The notes under the pieces are model-generated. The model was not told the DNA's origin, did not search any database, and saw nothing but the letters and a program-made list of their open reading frames with translations. A stretch of DNA of 64,000 nt from contig NC_090399.1 of the NCBI RefSeq assembly GCF_036365525.1, forward strand, positions 32,148,430 to 32,212,429, written 5' to 3'. The DNA is from Heterodontus francisci (lineage: Eukaryota). Positions 10,720 to 21,133 of this stretch are shown here, one piece after another. A program made the translations under genes and the position numbers. How positions within the stretch are numbered: position 1 is the stretch's first letter; each line of letters opens with the position of its first letter.

Positions 10720-13165
10720 ACATACAAACATTCTAATTCAGAGCAGGAATAGGCCACTCGGCCCCTCAAGCCTGCTCCACCATTCAATAAGTTCATGGCT
10801 GAACTGATCACTCCACATTTCCACCTACCCCCGATAACCTTCCACCCAGTTGCTTATCAAGAATCTATCTACCTCTGCCTTAAAAATATTCAAAGACTGC
10901 TTCCACCGACTTATGTGGAAGAGAATTCCAAAGACTCATGACCCTCTGAGAGAAATAATTTCTCCTCATCTCTGTCTTAAATGGGAGACCCCTTATTTTT
11001 AAACAGTGACCCCTAGTTCTAGATTCTCCCACAAGGGAAAACATGCTTTCCACATCCACCCTGTCAAGGATCTTGTATGTTTCAATCAAGTCACCTCTTA
11101 CTCTTCGAAATTCCAGCAGATACGAGTGTAGCCTGTCCAATCTTTCCTCATAAGACAGCCCACCCATTCCAGGTATTAGTCGAGTAAACCTTCTCTGTAC
11201 TGCCTCCAATACAATTACATCCTTCCTTAAATAAGGAGACCATTACTGTACACAGTACTCCAGATGTGGTCTCACCAATGCCCTGTATAGCTGAAACATA
11301 ACCTCCTTACTTTTGTGTTCAATTCCCTTCATGATGAACAATAACATTCTATTAGCTTTGCTAATTACGTGCTGTACCTGCATACTAACCTTTTGCGATT
11401 CATGCACTCGGACACTCAGATCCGTCTCCATCTCAGAGCTCTGCGATCTCTCACCATTTAGATAATCTGCTTTTTTATTCTTCCTGCCAAAGTGGACAAT
11501 TTCACACTTTTCAATGTTATACTCCACTTGCCAGGTCTTTGTCACTCACTTAACTTATCGATAACCCCCGTATGTCCTCTTGACAAGTTATTTTGCTACC
11601 TAACTTTCCTACGTATCTTTATGTCATCAGCAAATTTAGCCACCATACCTTCGGTCCCTCCATTTATATAAATGTAAAAAGTTGAGGCCCCAGCACAGAT
11701 CCCTGTGGCACACCACTCATTACATCTTGCCAACCAAAAAATGACCCATTTATGCCTACTCTCTGTTTCATGTTAGCTAGCCAATCTTCTACCCATGCCA
11801 ATATGTTACCCCCTGCACCATGAGCTTTTATTTTTTGCAATAACCTTTGATGTGACACCTGTAGACCCAGTAAAAACACATACAGTAAAAACATATAAGA
11901 ACTTAGTTGAAACAAAGGGCTAATTACACATAATTACACAATGTGTCGAAACATAGGAGGGTTGGGTCGCCAAGGGCTCAGAGAACAGAAGAGCAGTCGC
12001 AAGTCCGAGACTGATCTCCTCGTGCCTTGGCGGGTAGTGTACTGTGCAAGTAGTGAGAGCTTGTACTTTGATGATTGTTGATACTGTGAAAGTTAGTGAG
12101 AGCTTGTACTTGATGATTTAGTGTGTGAATAAAATATTGATATACCTTTCACCAACCAGCTTCCGTGGATTCTTTAAGAGTAAGTGCAGATTAGGCACAA
12201 CACACCTTGTCAAATGCCTTCTAGAGATCTAAGTATAATACATCCACTGGTTCCCCTTTATCCACAGAACATGTAACTGTCTCAAAGAAGTCCAATAAAT
12301 TGGTTAAACATGATTTCCTTTTCACCAGACCATGTTGACTCTTCCTGATTACCGAGAATGTTTCTAAATTCCCTGCTATAACGTCTTTAATAATAGCTTC
12401 TAACATTTTCCCTAAAACAGGTATTAAGCTAACTGGCCTATAGTGTCCTGCTTTCTGTCTCCCTCCCTTTTTGAATAAAGGAGTTACATTCGCTATTTTC
12501 CAATCTAACGGAACCTTCCCCGAATCTAGGAAATTTTGGAAAATTAAAACTAACACATCAACTATCTCACTAGCCACTTCTTTTAACACCCTAGGATGAA
12601 GTCCATCAGGACCTGGGGACTTATCAGCCCACAGCTCCCACAATTTGCTCAGTACCACTTCCCTGGTGATTGTAATTTTCTTGAGTTCCTCCCTCTCTTC
12701 CATTTCCTGATTTACAGCTAATACTGGGATGTTACTTGTATCCTCAATAATGAAGACCGATGCAAAATATCTGTTCAATTCATCTGCCATCTCCTTATTA
12801 TCCATCATTAATTCCCCAAACTCATTTTCTATAGGACCAGTACTCACTTTGTTAATTATTTTCTTTTTTAAATATCTATAGAAACTCTTACTATCTGTCT
12901 TGATATTTCTAGCTAGCTTTCTCTCATACTCTAATTTTACCTTCATTATAAATCTTTTAGTCATTCTTTGCTGTTTTTATATTCTGTCCAATCTTCTGAC
13001 CTGCCTCCAATATTTGCACAATTATATGCTTTTGCTTTAAGTTTGCTCCTATCTTCAACTGTTTTAATCAACCACAGATGGCGAGTCCCAGCCCTGGAAT
13101 TTTTCTTTCTCATTGAAATGTATCTATTCTGTGTATTCTGAAATATCCCCTTAAATGTTTGCCAC
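10720..13165 (-). mobile_element. CR1 LINE, 5'-truncated and decayed ORF2, in the GPR139-like intron
   Basis: ORFs 12221..12964 (KSPGPDGLHPRVLKE, WKIANVTPLFKKG, YRPVSL, QHG..K.KSCLTNLL), 11664..11915 (GVPQGSVLGP), 11243..11545 and 10880..11209. Confidence 0.92.
11860..12202 (+). mobile_element. Solo LTR (343 bp) inserted in CR1 RT
   Basis: Starts TGTAG and ends CAACA, with a 4-bp TSD cacc (11856-11859 and 12203-12206) and AATAAA at about 12128. Removing it restores the CR1 text tgatgtgacacc|ttgtcaaatgcc. Confidence 0.88.
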
Positions 13166-13494
13166 TGCACAGATTGGATTGGGATTGCAGTCCCAGGATT
13201 GGACCCCCAGGATTGGACCCTCCCCCCCAAGGGTCAGCCCCCCCCCCCACCCTATGTTTGGAGTCTCCTCCTTAGATGCAACCCCCACCCCACTCCCACG
13301 GCCTGGGCCCCCTCTCCTGGGATTAAACCAACCTCCCAAGTTCGGATCCCCAAAAAATCAGATTTCACCATCGTGTCTTGCATCAGACACTCCCCCTCCC
13401 CTTCCCCTTCCCGTCTTCCTCCCCAGACTCAGACCATGCTGCCAGATGTGAGACCCCTCCCCGGGGCTGAGGATCAAACCCTCGCCACAACAGT

Positions 13495-13900
13495 ATAACT
13501 TCATACAAGCTTTTCCTGTTCAAGAGCAGGGATTTATTTTAAAGAGAGGTAATAGTTGTCTGGTTTTTTTTTCTTCTGATCTCCTGGCAGGTCCATATGG
13601 AGATTCCAACTGCCTTTTTTAGTCCACAAAAAAAACATCTTCTGACAGTTCAAAGTGAAACCAAACTTTTTCCAGGCAGGGCTCATGCTAATCATAAATT
13701 CTCTCTTGTCACAACAAAGAGTAGCTCTTAAGTCAACCCCCTGTGGTGTTTACTTGAAATCAGCTGCCTTCCAGTAAAAACTTGTTGACTGGTTAACATT
13801 TTGTTGAACTTCCTTTTTCAACAAACACCCAAAGTTCAGCCTCTTCAGTTTAAAAATATAGATTCCAAATTTTAACAAAATATCTGGAAATTCCATAACA
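13495..13900 (-). mobile_element. Probable LTR fragment
   Basis: The minus strand begins TGTTATGGAATTTCC at 13900 and has an LTR-like composition. No partner LTR or TSD was found. Confidence 0.35.
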
Positions 13901-14611
13901 CTACACTCAGGATATGCAACATCATTCTACAGAGGATTTGAATGTTGAAATAAGGCTGTCCTGTTTAACTGTCAGCAAATAATTAACATCTGTTTCTGTT
14001 GGAGCAGTTCAATAGGAGACAGAACAATAGCAATGCATTGCACTTTATACACTTATTGTCAGATATCAGCAAAACCCACTTTGCAATCAATTGCATTGTT
14101 AAAACAGAGAGGCAGTTTCATGTAATGTAGACATCAGATACCAGAAAAAATGACTTCAAAATAGAACTGCATTTTACCATTATTCTCAGTACAATTCTAC
14201 AGTGACAGATACACCCAGTAATACAAGGTCACTGGGATCAGGTGATCCACTCCGGTTAGTGACCCACACTCAGTTTGATTTTACACTGACTGATGCTCCC
14301 ACTAATACCTTCACTCAGAGAGTTGCCTTCACTGAGGTCTAATTCAGCATTACACACCATTCCACTAAATGCAATAACTTGATAATTCAGAGAGCCTGTC
14401 AGTTACAAACAGAGGTTTATTATCAGCTGAGACAATGGAATAAAACTGCAGAGATAAGTCAGGATATTTGACGTCAGGAAATGATATCACTGATCGGGTG
14501 TCTGTATAATGGTGACCACTAGATCAGCATTTAACATTATCAGTCAGAGAGTAAAACCAGAGACCAGCTCACACACAGTTTTACACAACTTCAATGGTTA
14601 TAGTCTTTTAC

Positions 14612-14678
14612 CAGCAACAAAAATGACAGCAAGGATTGAGTACTATATTTTCAAGAAACTGTAAATTGGTCAATACAT
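14612..14678 (-). pseudogene. GPR139-like pseudogene exon 1
   Basis: Translation from the ATG: MY*PIYSFLKI*YSILAVIFVA, then G|gtaaaag. The 67-nt phase-1 exon joins exon 2 in frame (D-NLLAIVIL) and carries two in-frame stops. Confidence 0.75.
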
Positions 14679-14742
14679 TTTCTGTGCTGCAGACAATCTC
14701 TCTGCATTAAACTCTGAGGTGACACATTGCCAGAGCCTGTAA

Positions 14743-14748
14743 TTTATA
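14743..14748 (-). promoter_or_regulatory. TATA box of the GPR139-like gene
   Basis: gggTATAAAttac on the minus strand, about 65 nt upstream of the exon 1 ATG. Confidence 0.5.
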
Positions 14749-15023
14749 CCCTGTGGGATCTCCCCGGGGATATTGAGGTTGACACATTGTTCAAACTGTT
14801 TTTTTTTCAATTGAACAAACAGATTATGACATCGAGTTCAGTCCTTGTTGTGATAGAATATATTTATTTCTGAGATTGAATTGGAAAACCCCAAAGACTG
14901 GACAATTCTGATCACATTAATTAACTAATGAAAATTGGAAGCTGTATTCTCCCAGCAATGAGGTTGTTCTTTCAAACACCATCAGTCCCATCTCTAGATC
15001 TCATGTTGTTTCAGTGATGTCCT

Positions 15024-15185
15024 TCACTCGACTGTGGTTCGGGTGGTGAAGAGCAGATTGTGGCCATCGTCCATCTGGGCCTTGAGCTGCAGGCTCTCAT
15101 TGTAAAGCACAGAGAACTGGGACTGCAGGCAGTGAAACTCTGGGGAGTCCTTCACCATCTCACTGGCAAGAGTGTTCAGCTGTTC
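15024..15185 (-). pseudogene. Orphan exon homologous to the BRE1 E3 ligase (RNF20/RNF40-like)
   Basis: Acceptor ccttctacag|. Translation [51 protein letters not shown] resembles RNF20 as recalled ([35 protein letters not shown]). No other BRE1 exons are seen, and the exon end looks truncated. Confidence 0.78.
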
Positions 15186-15331
15186 CTGTAGAAGGGAGAG
15201 TGGGGAGGAGTCACAGGACAAGGAAAGGGTTAACCAGAGAGAGAGATTCACTGCCCCAAGCCATGTCTGACAAATCAGAGTAAACACAGGGACAGGAGGA
15301 GGTCATTCAGTCCCTCGAGCCCGTTACACTG

Positions 15332-15962
15332 TGTTAGAAACTCCTTTAAAACACAAGTAAATGATTCCTCATCATTCAGGCTTGAGTGTGTTGTCCAATT
15401 GCAGCTTTGTTACTCAGGCACCCATACCAAGAACACTATCAACACTAATAACTATTATATTATTCAATTAATTCATACAATCTATTTCTTACAAACCCTA
15501 GGTGATAAAACTTGTAGATGTTGTCCCTTTGATCGTCCTATGAGTTCTCCCGATGTTGTCTCTCCAGCTGTCCTGTGTGTTCTCCCTCCAAGAAAGGGTT
15601 GTCTCCTGATATTTCTGTATCCTTTCTTTGTGAGTTCTATCACATGTTGCTCAGAATATGTATTGAAGTGAGTTCCTGCTCACCCAACCTTCAGACTTGA
15701 ATAATGGCTATCTTGCTGGCTTAACTGTTGAGCAGTTAATTTTACTAAAGGACCAGGATGACCTAGACAATCCCAAATAGTTAAGTGATACTGCTTGGGT
15801 GCTTCCATTGTTCTGGTTAATATCCGATACTCACACCTTGACATGGGATGCAGCCAACATGTCTGCTATTGTTGCTACTTACATTGTTCTGAATAATCTC
15901 TGTTAACCCAAATCCAAATTCTGATAATCAGATTAACTTTGGGACTCAGGCAAATTCTAACA
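15332..15962 (-). mobile_element. 3' LTR (631 bp) of env-bearing LTR element
   Basis: 8-bp terminal inverted repeats TGTTAGAA...TTCTAACA. A polypurine tract GAGGGGGGAA immediately precedes it on the minus strand (15963-15972). Confidence 0.85.
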
Positions 15963-16039
15963 TTCCCCCCTCATGAAACTTAGTTTTTAAATTCTGGTTC
16001 ATATATTTTGCATACAGCTCTCAGCCTGATCACCTTGAG

Positions 16040-19000
16040 TCTATAAACTTACAAATAATACAGTATCTTGCCGGACCTGCAGCTGATCTTCCAATGGCTG
16101 ACGCACGCTGTCTATACGTAACCAAGCAATAATGACAGTGATGGTCAACACAACTGGAACAACTAAGAAAACATAAGAAAGCAAATGAGCCCAGATGGAT
16201 TGGCCCACATTATATACCATTTCCTACCTTTTGTGGTCTCCTAAAATTTTGATTCCTTTCTCGATATCTTTATTATCCTGCTGCATATGAACCAAATGTT
16301 CTTGTGTGGAAGTTGTAGTTGAAGGATTGACTTCAATCTAAGTGAAATGGGAGGAATCGGGTGACCAAAGTGGACACTGACCTTAGGGCTTCCTCCTGAA
16401 GGGGCAGCTCCAACTGTATTTCTGTAACATTGTGCAGGTGAACTGGTAATAACAGTTTTCTTCTGACTTTGACTGGTTCAACTGGGGAGAGACAGAACAT
16501 GGGGCTGTTAAGGGGGCAGAGGGTTTCCCCGTGGTATAGGTGTGAGGTACTGGTTGTAACGCAGTACCTTCCCCTGTCCACCTAGGCAGTTCCTGCCTGA
16601 CTGGGACTCGATTGGCTTACATTGACTGTGCAGTTTGGAGAATGCTCATCCAATGTGAACCCACACGTGGGTGTAGTATGGTGGTACATGTCACACCTAC
16701 ACACACCTCTCGTTTTCAACTTGTCAGTAACACTTCCAAGTCTGAGACTAACCACGTGTTTATTTTGATAATCAACCATTGAGGATGGTCCCGAGATTCC
16801 TTAAAGATAATATCGTCATGGGAATGTTCAACAATTCCCATGGATTCTACCTTATACAGCAGAGGAGGTGCTGAAGAGTTCACGATGATTGGGACTGAAA
16901 TTATCACTGGAACCAGGTCGTTACTGCCCTGAGAGTGACCTTGTTCATGGATTAGATCCCACTTTGGTCATTGAATTTGGTTAAAAGCCCCTTCAGTTGC
17001 CTCCACATGACTTCATCATGTTCCCACATAGACTCGACATCTATACGATTCAGGCCGGCCACACCGGCGGTGGCTCCTATCCTCACCCATTCGGCTAAAA
17101 CTCGTTTGTGTTGGGTCTTCAGCCCTTCACCCATGTCTGAGTCAGGGCTCCTCCAATCTGTCCTGTGGTTCCTCACCTGCACCTCCCCGAACACTTCATT
17201 TAACATGAGGTGAAACAAGTTCAGGTAGTTACTGTGACACAATCCGTCAGGCAGATGCAGAGAGGTGAAATTAAAAACAACCAGAATAATTTCAAAGTGC
17301 ACGTCATTATAGAGCAAATCACCTGATTCCATCACTTCTAATCCATTTGTTTGTGGATTAGGGAGTAACACGGGACAAGAGGGAGCCGGACTTCCAGCAG
17401 TGATTTGACCTGGTTTCCCAATGGTCTCCAACCTCACCTGAGAGCTGACATAGACACTGTCATCACCCGGTTCACAACGGACGTTACCACTGTGTCCATT
17501 CCAAAACTGGGACCAGTTTAATGTTTGAATTAGTACCAGGCCATTCTTTCCATCAGATTGTCTGGATATTTTGCCCTTATAGGCACCCGACATTCCCTAC
17601 AGGAGGGGCAAACATGCTGAATTGGTTTGAAACCACCGCCACTGATCCCCACCGCTGTTCCGTTACCATTACAAATACATTTTACCCGAATCCCATTCCC
17701 TTCCTCCACACATGCACCAATAGTTTGATTCCCATCCAAAAGTTCCTTCATGTAACCAGGACTTGCCACCTTCCACTGTTGACTCAGTCGTTCCTCGATT
17801 TCTCTCACCCTTTCTTGAGGAGTACTTAAGGAAGTGGCCCTAGAAATAGTGGATGCATTGATGGTCATCTTCCCAGATTCTATAGACTCTGGAACAGTTC
17901 TTACAAATTGGATTATAGCTAATGTAACCCCACTATTTAAAAAGAGAGGTAGAGGGAAAACAGGGAATTATAGACCAGTCAGTCTGACGTCGGTAGTGGG
18001 GAAAATTCTGGAGTCCATTATCAAAGATTTTATAGCAGAGCCCTTGGAGAACAGTGGTAGAATCGGACAGAGTCAGCATGGATTTATGAAAGGGAAATCA
18101 TGCTTGACAAATCTACTAGAATTCTTTGAGGATGTAACTAGTAGAGTTGATGAGGGACAGCCAGTGGATGTGGTTTATTTGGACTTTCAGAAGGCTTTCG
18201 ACAAAGTCCCACATAAGAGATTAGCATGTAAAATTAAAGCACATGGGATTGGGGGTAGTGTATTGCGATGGATAGAAAATTGTTGGCAGACAGGAAACAA
18301 AGAATAGGAATAAACGGGTCTTTTTCTGAATGGCAGGCAGTGGCTAGTGGGGTACCGCAGGGATCGGTGCTAGGACCCCAGCTATTCACAAAATATATTA
18401 ATGATTTAGATGAGGGAACTAAATGTAATATCCCCAAATTTGCAGATGACACAAAACTGGTTGGGCGGGTGAGTTGTGAGGAGGATGCAGAGAGACTTCA
18501 GGGTGATTTGGACAAGTTGAGTGAGTGGGCTAATGCATGGCAGATGCAGTATAATGTGGATAAATGTGAGGTTATCCACTTTGGTAGCAAAAACAGGAAG
18601 GCAGATTATTATCTGAACGGCTATAAACTGAGAGAGGGGAATATGCGATGAGACCTGGGTGTTCTCGTACACAAGTCACTGAAGGTAAGCATGCAGGTTC
18701 AACAGGCGGTAAAAAAGGCAAATAGTATGTTGGCCTTCATAGCGAGAGGATTTGAGTACAGGAGCAGGGATATCTTGCTGCAATTATACAGGGCCTTGGT
18801 GAGGCCACACCTGGAATATTGTGTGCAGTTTTGGTCTCCTTATCTGAGGAAGGATGTTCTTGCTACAGAGGGAGTGCAGCGAAAGTTTACCAGACTGATT
18901 CCTGGGATGGCGGGACTGATGTATGAAGAGAGATTGAGTCGGTTAGGATTATATTCACTGGAGCTCAGAAGAGTGAAAGGGGATCTCATAGAAATCTCTA

Positions 19001-19490
19001 AAATTTTGACAGGACTTGACAGGATAGATGCAGGAAGGATGTTCCTGATGGTGGGGGAGTCCAGAAACGGGTAATAGTCTAAGGATATGGGGTAAACCAT
19101 TCAGGACTGAGATGAGGAGAAATTAATTCACCCAGAGAGTGGTAAGCCTGTGGAATTTGCTACCACAGAAAGCAGTTGAGGCTAAAACATTGTATATTTT
19201 CAAGAAGGAGTTAGATATAGCTCTTGGGGCAAAAGGGATCAAAGGATATGGGGGGAAAGCGGGAACAGGTTACTAAGTTGGATGATCAGCCATGATCATA
19301 ATGAATGGCGGAGCAGGCTCGAATGGCCGAATTGCCTACTCCTGCTCCTGTTTTCTATGTTTCTTCTCTGGTCAGATTGTATTTATATCGTTCATCTTGA
19401 GGGTCACTCCGACACCAACCCTTAATCATTGCTGAGTGGCACATATGAAGCAGGCTCAATTCGATTATCACACACATACACCCAACGATT
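16040..19490 (-). pseudogene. Decayed env-like class I fusion glycoprotein (F-like, lokiretrovirus-type), split by a CR1 insertion
   Basis: Signal-like MVRIVGCMCVIIELSLLHMCHSA; GDLLYNDVHFEIILVVFNFTSLHLPDGLC; basic site QHKR|VLAEWVRIGATAGVAGLNRIDVE (fusion-peptide-like); Cys-rich CRCDMYHHTTPTCGF...NCTV...GRYCVTTS...CPLNSPMFCLSP; heptad EHLVHMQQDNKDIEKGIKIL; TM IWAHLLSYVFLVVPVVLTITVIIAWLR; then PPT and LTR. Confidence 0.72.
17812..19362 (+). mobile_element. CR1 LINE RT and 3' end, inserted in env
   Basis: ORFs 17834..18307, 18268..18651 and 18691..19074 (YLDFQKAFDKVPH, GVPQGSVLGP, KFADDTKL), with tail ctactcctgctcctgttttctatgtttc. Confidence 0.93.
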
Positions 19491-19714
19491 CTCACCATAC
19501 CTGGGAAGTGATCAAACACAGTATCTGGTTACTGATCAGTCTGTTTACTGTTTCTTCTGGCCTCGCCTCTGGCCCTGTTTTGGCCAGTGTGAGGATAACT
19601 GGGGTAAGGGAGAGGGTCCCGGGGCTGTATAGTCACCGGACCGTACCCACACGGGCTGGGTAGTTGGACGGGGCCACAGCTCCCTGTCAGTAATGGCCAT
19701 TGGTTCATCATGTG

Positions 19715-20010
19715 GTCACCATTCATCAGCATTATCCAGCATGATCATTTTTAAACTGTCTACTTTCCCCTTAGGTACAGGACCTTTATACAGTTTCAGC
19801 TGGTTAACATGGATCCACCAGTCTGCATTTTTCCGTTTGGACCCTGGACAGTGTATTTTATATACTTGTGGATTTAATTAGTCAATGATCGGGTAAGGAC
19901 GCTGGAACTTTGGGTTCCATTTCCCCTCTTGACGATTGACCCGGGCCATCACCTGGTCTCCCACCTTCACAGATTCCCTTACATATCGTTTTAATTCCTT
20001 AATCTCTTTC
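19715..20010 (-). pseudogene. Integrase C-terminal (GPY/F, SH3-like) remnant
   Basis: VKVGDQVMARV...KWNPKFQRPYPIID*LNPQVYKIHC...WWIHVNQLKLYKG. It abuts the gag stop, so PR, RT, RNase H and the integrase core are missing. Confidence 0.78.
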
Positions 20011-20012
20011 TG

Positions 20013-21133
20013 TCAACATTCTACCTCATCGGTCCCTCTTCCTATCAGGCCCTTCCCATGAGGCCTGCTAGATCCTCCATTTGGACATTGGCTGGGAAAA
20101 TGGCGCCTTTGGCCACAGTTCCAACACCCTGGAGCTGACCGAGCCTGGGTTTTAGGGGAGTGCCGGGCAGGGGGCCCATACTGTGGTCTCCCCTCGGTCC
20201 TCCATGGGAGCGATGTGGGACGTAGACCCGGGGGCTGGATCACATGGATCTTTGTCTTTGGGGATTTTACTTGTTCCCACTTCTGGTTTATCCACTCCCT
20301 TACCCACTCCTCATTGTGGTTTTTATTGGAGGGATCATAACCATCATTAATCACATTATATCTTTCATACACAGCCCCAATCAGGTATTGAATCCCCTGC
20401 TTTACTTCGAACGGATCATCACTATCACGATCGTGCCCGGGAAAGGCTGCCTGATAGTGATTCCATAATCAGTCTGTAAACACATTCGGGGACTCGCTAG
20501 CCTCCTGCTTGCATTCCAGCAGGTCCTTTAGGGAGCTGTGATCAGATACTGACCCATGACCTGTGGCTTTCCACACTGTCTCTTTCACCCCTCTCCAGGT
20601 CCCAGTGCCTTTCTTAATCGAGGTAAGAAGAGACTTATACACATAAGGATGGCACACATGCAGTACCAATTTCACCCTCTCTCCCTCATCACAATTATGT
20701 AAGTCAGCTACTTGCTCTATTGATGTTATACTGGGACTCGGATCCTCCCTACATCTAATCTGTGGGATGTTCTGAGCTCTCTCTTTTAACTGCAGAGCAT
20801 CAAACAGTACTGTGGTGGTTCCCACATCCTCCCCTCTTTGTGACCTCAAGGGCATCATCACCCCTTTTCCCTCTAAGCCATTGTTATCATAACTCATATT
20901 CAGGTCACCCTGTTCTTCCCTTCTACATTCATATTCCCATGTAGACCATGTGAGATCATTGCACGCTATTTCTCCCATGGAACCTTCCTGTTCCCCAACC
21001 TGTCACCCTGATACAGTGAACATTAGACCCCGCTGTTGATCCAACTTATCCTTCAACTCCCGACTGCTCCTCCACACATTGCTTAAGAACACCCCTTAGG
21101 GCAGCACTAAGCTCATGGGTTTTCCTTTGGTAT
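20013..21133 (-). pseudogene. gag (capsid and CCHC nucleocapsid) of the env-bearing LTR element
   Basis: ORFs 20469..20978 and 20013..20372 are in the same frame with one stop between them: ...LLECKQEASESPNVFTD*LWNHY... The zinc knuckle is CWNCGQRRHFPSQC. Decayed coding-like sequence continues beyond the nested Gypsy (from 25641). Confidence 0.78.

Noticed and set aside
13165-13495. Pro-rich and Gly-rich ORFs in a C-rich tract
   Set aside because: Low-complexity sequence between repeat fragments with no recognisable domain.
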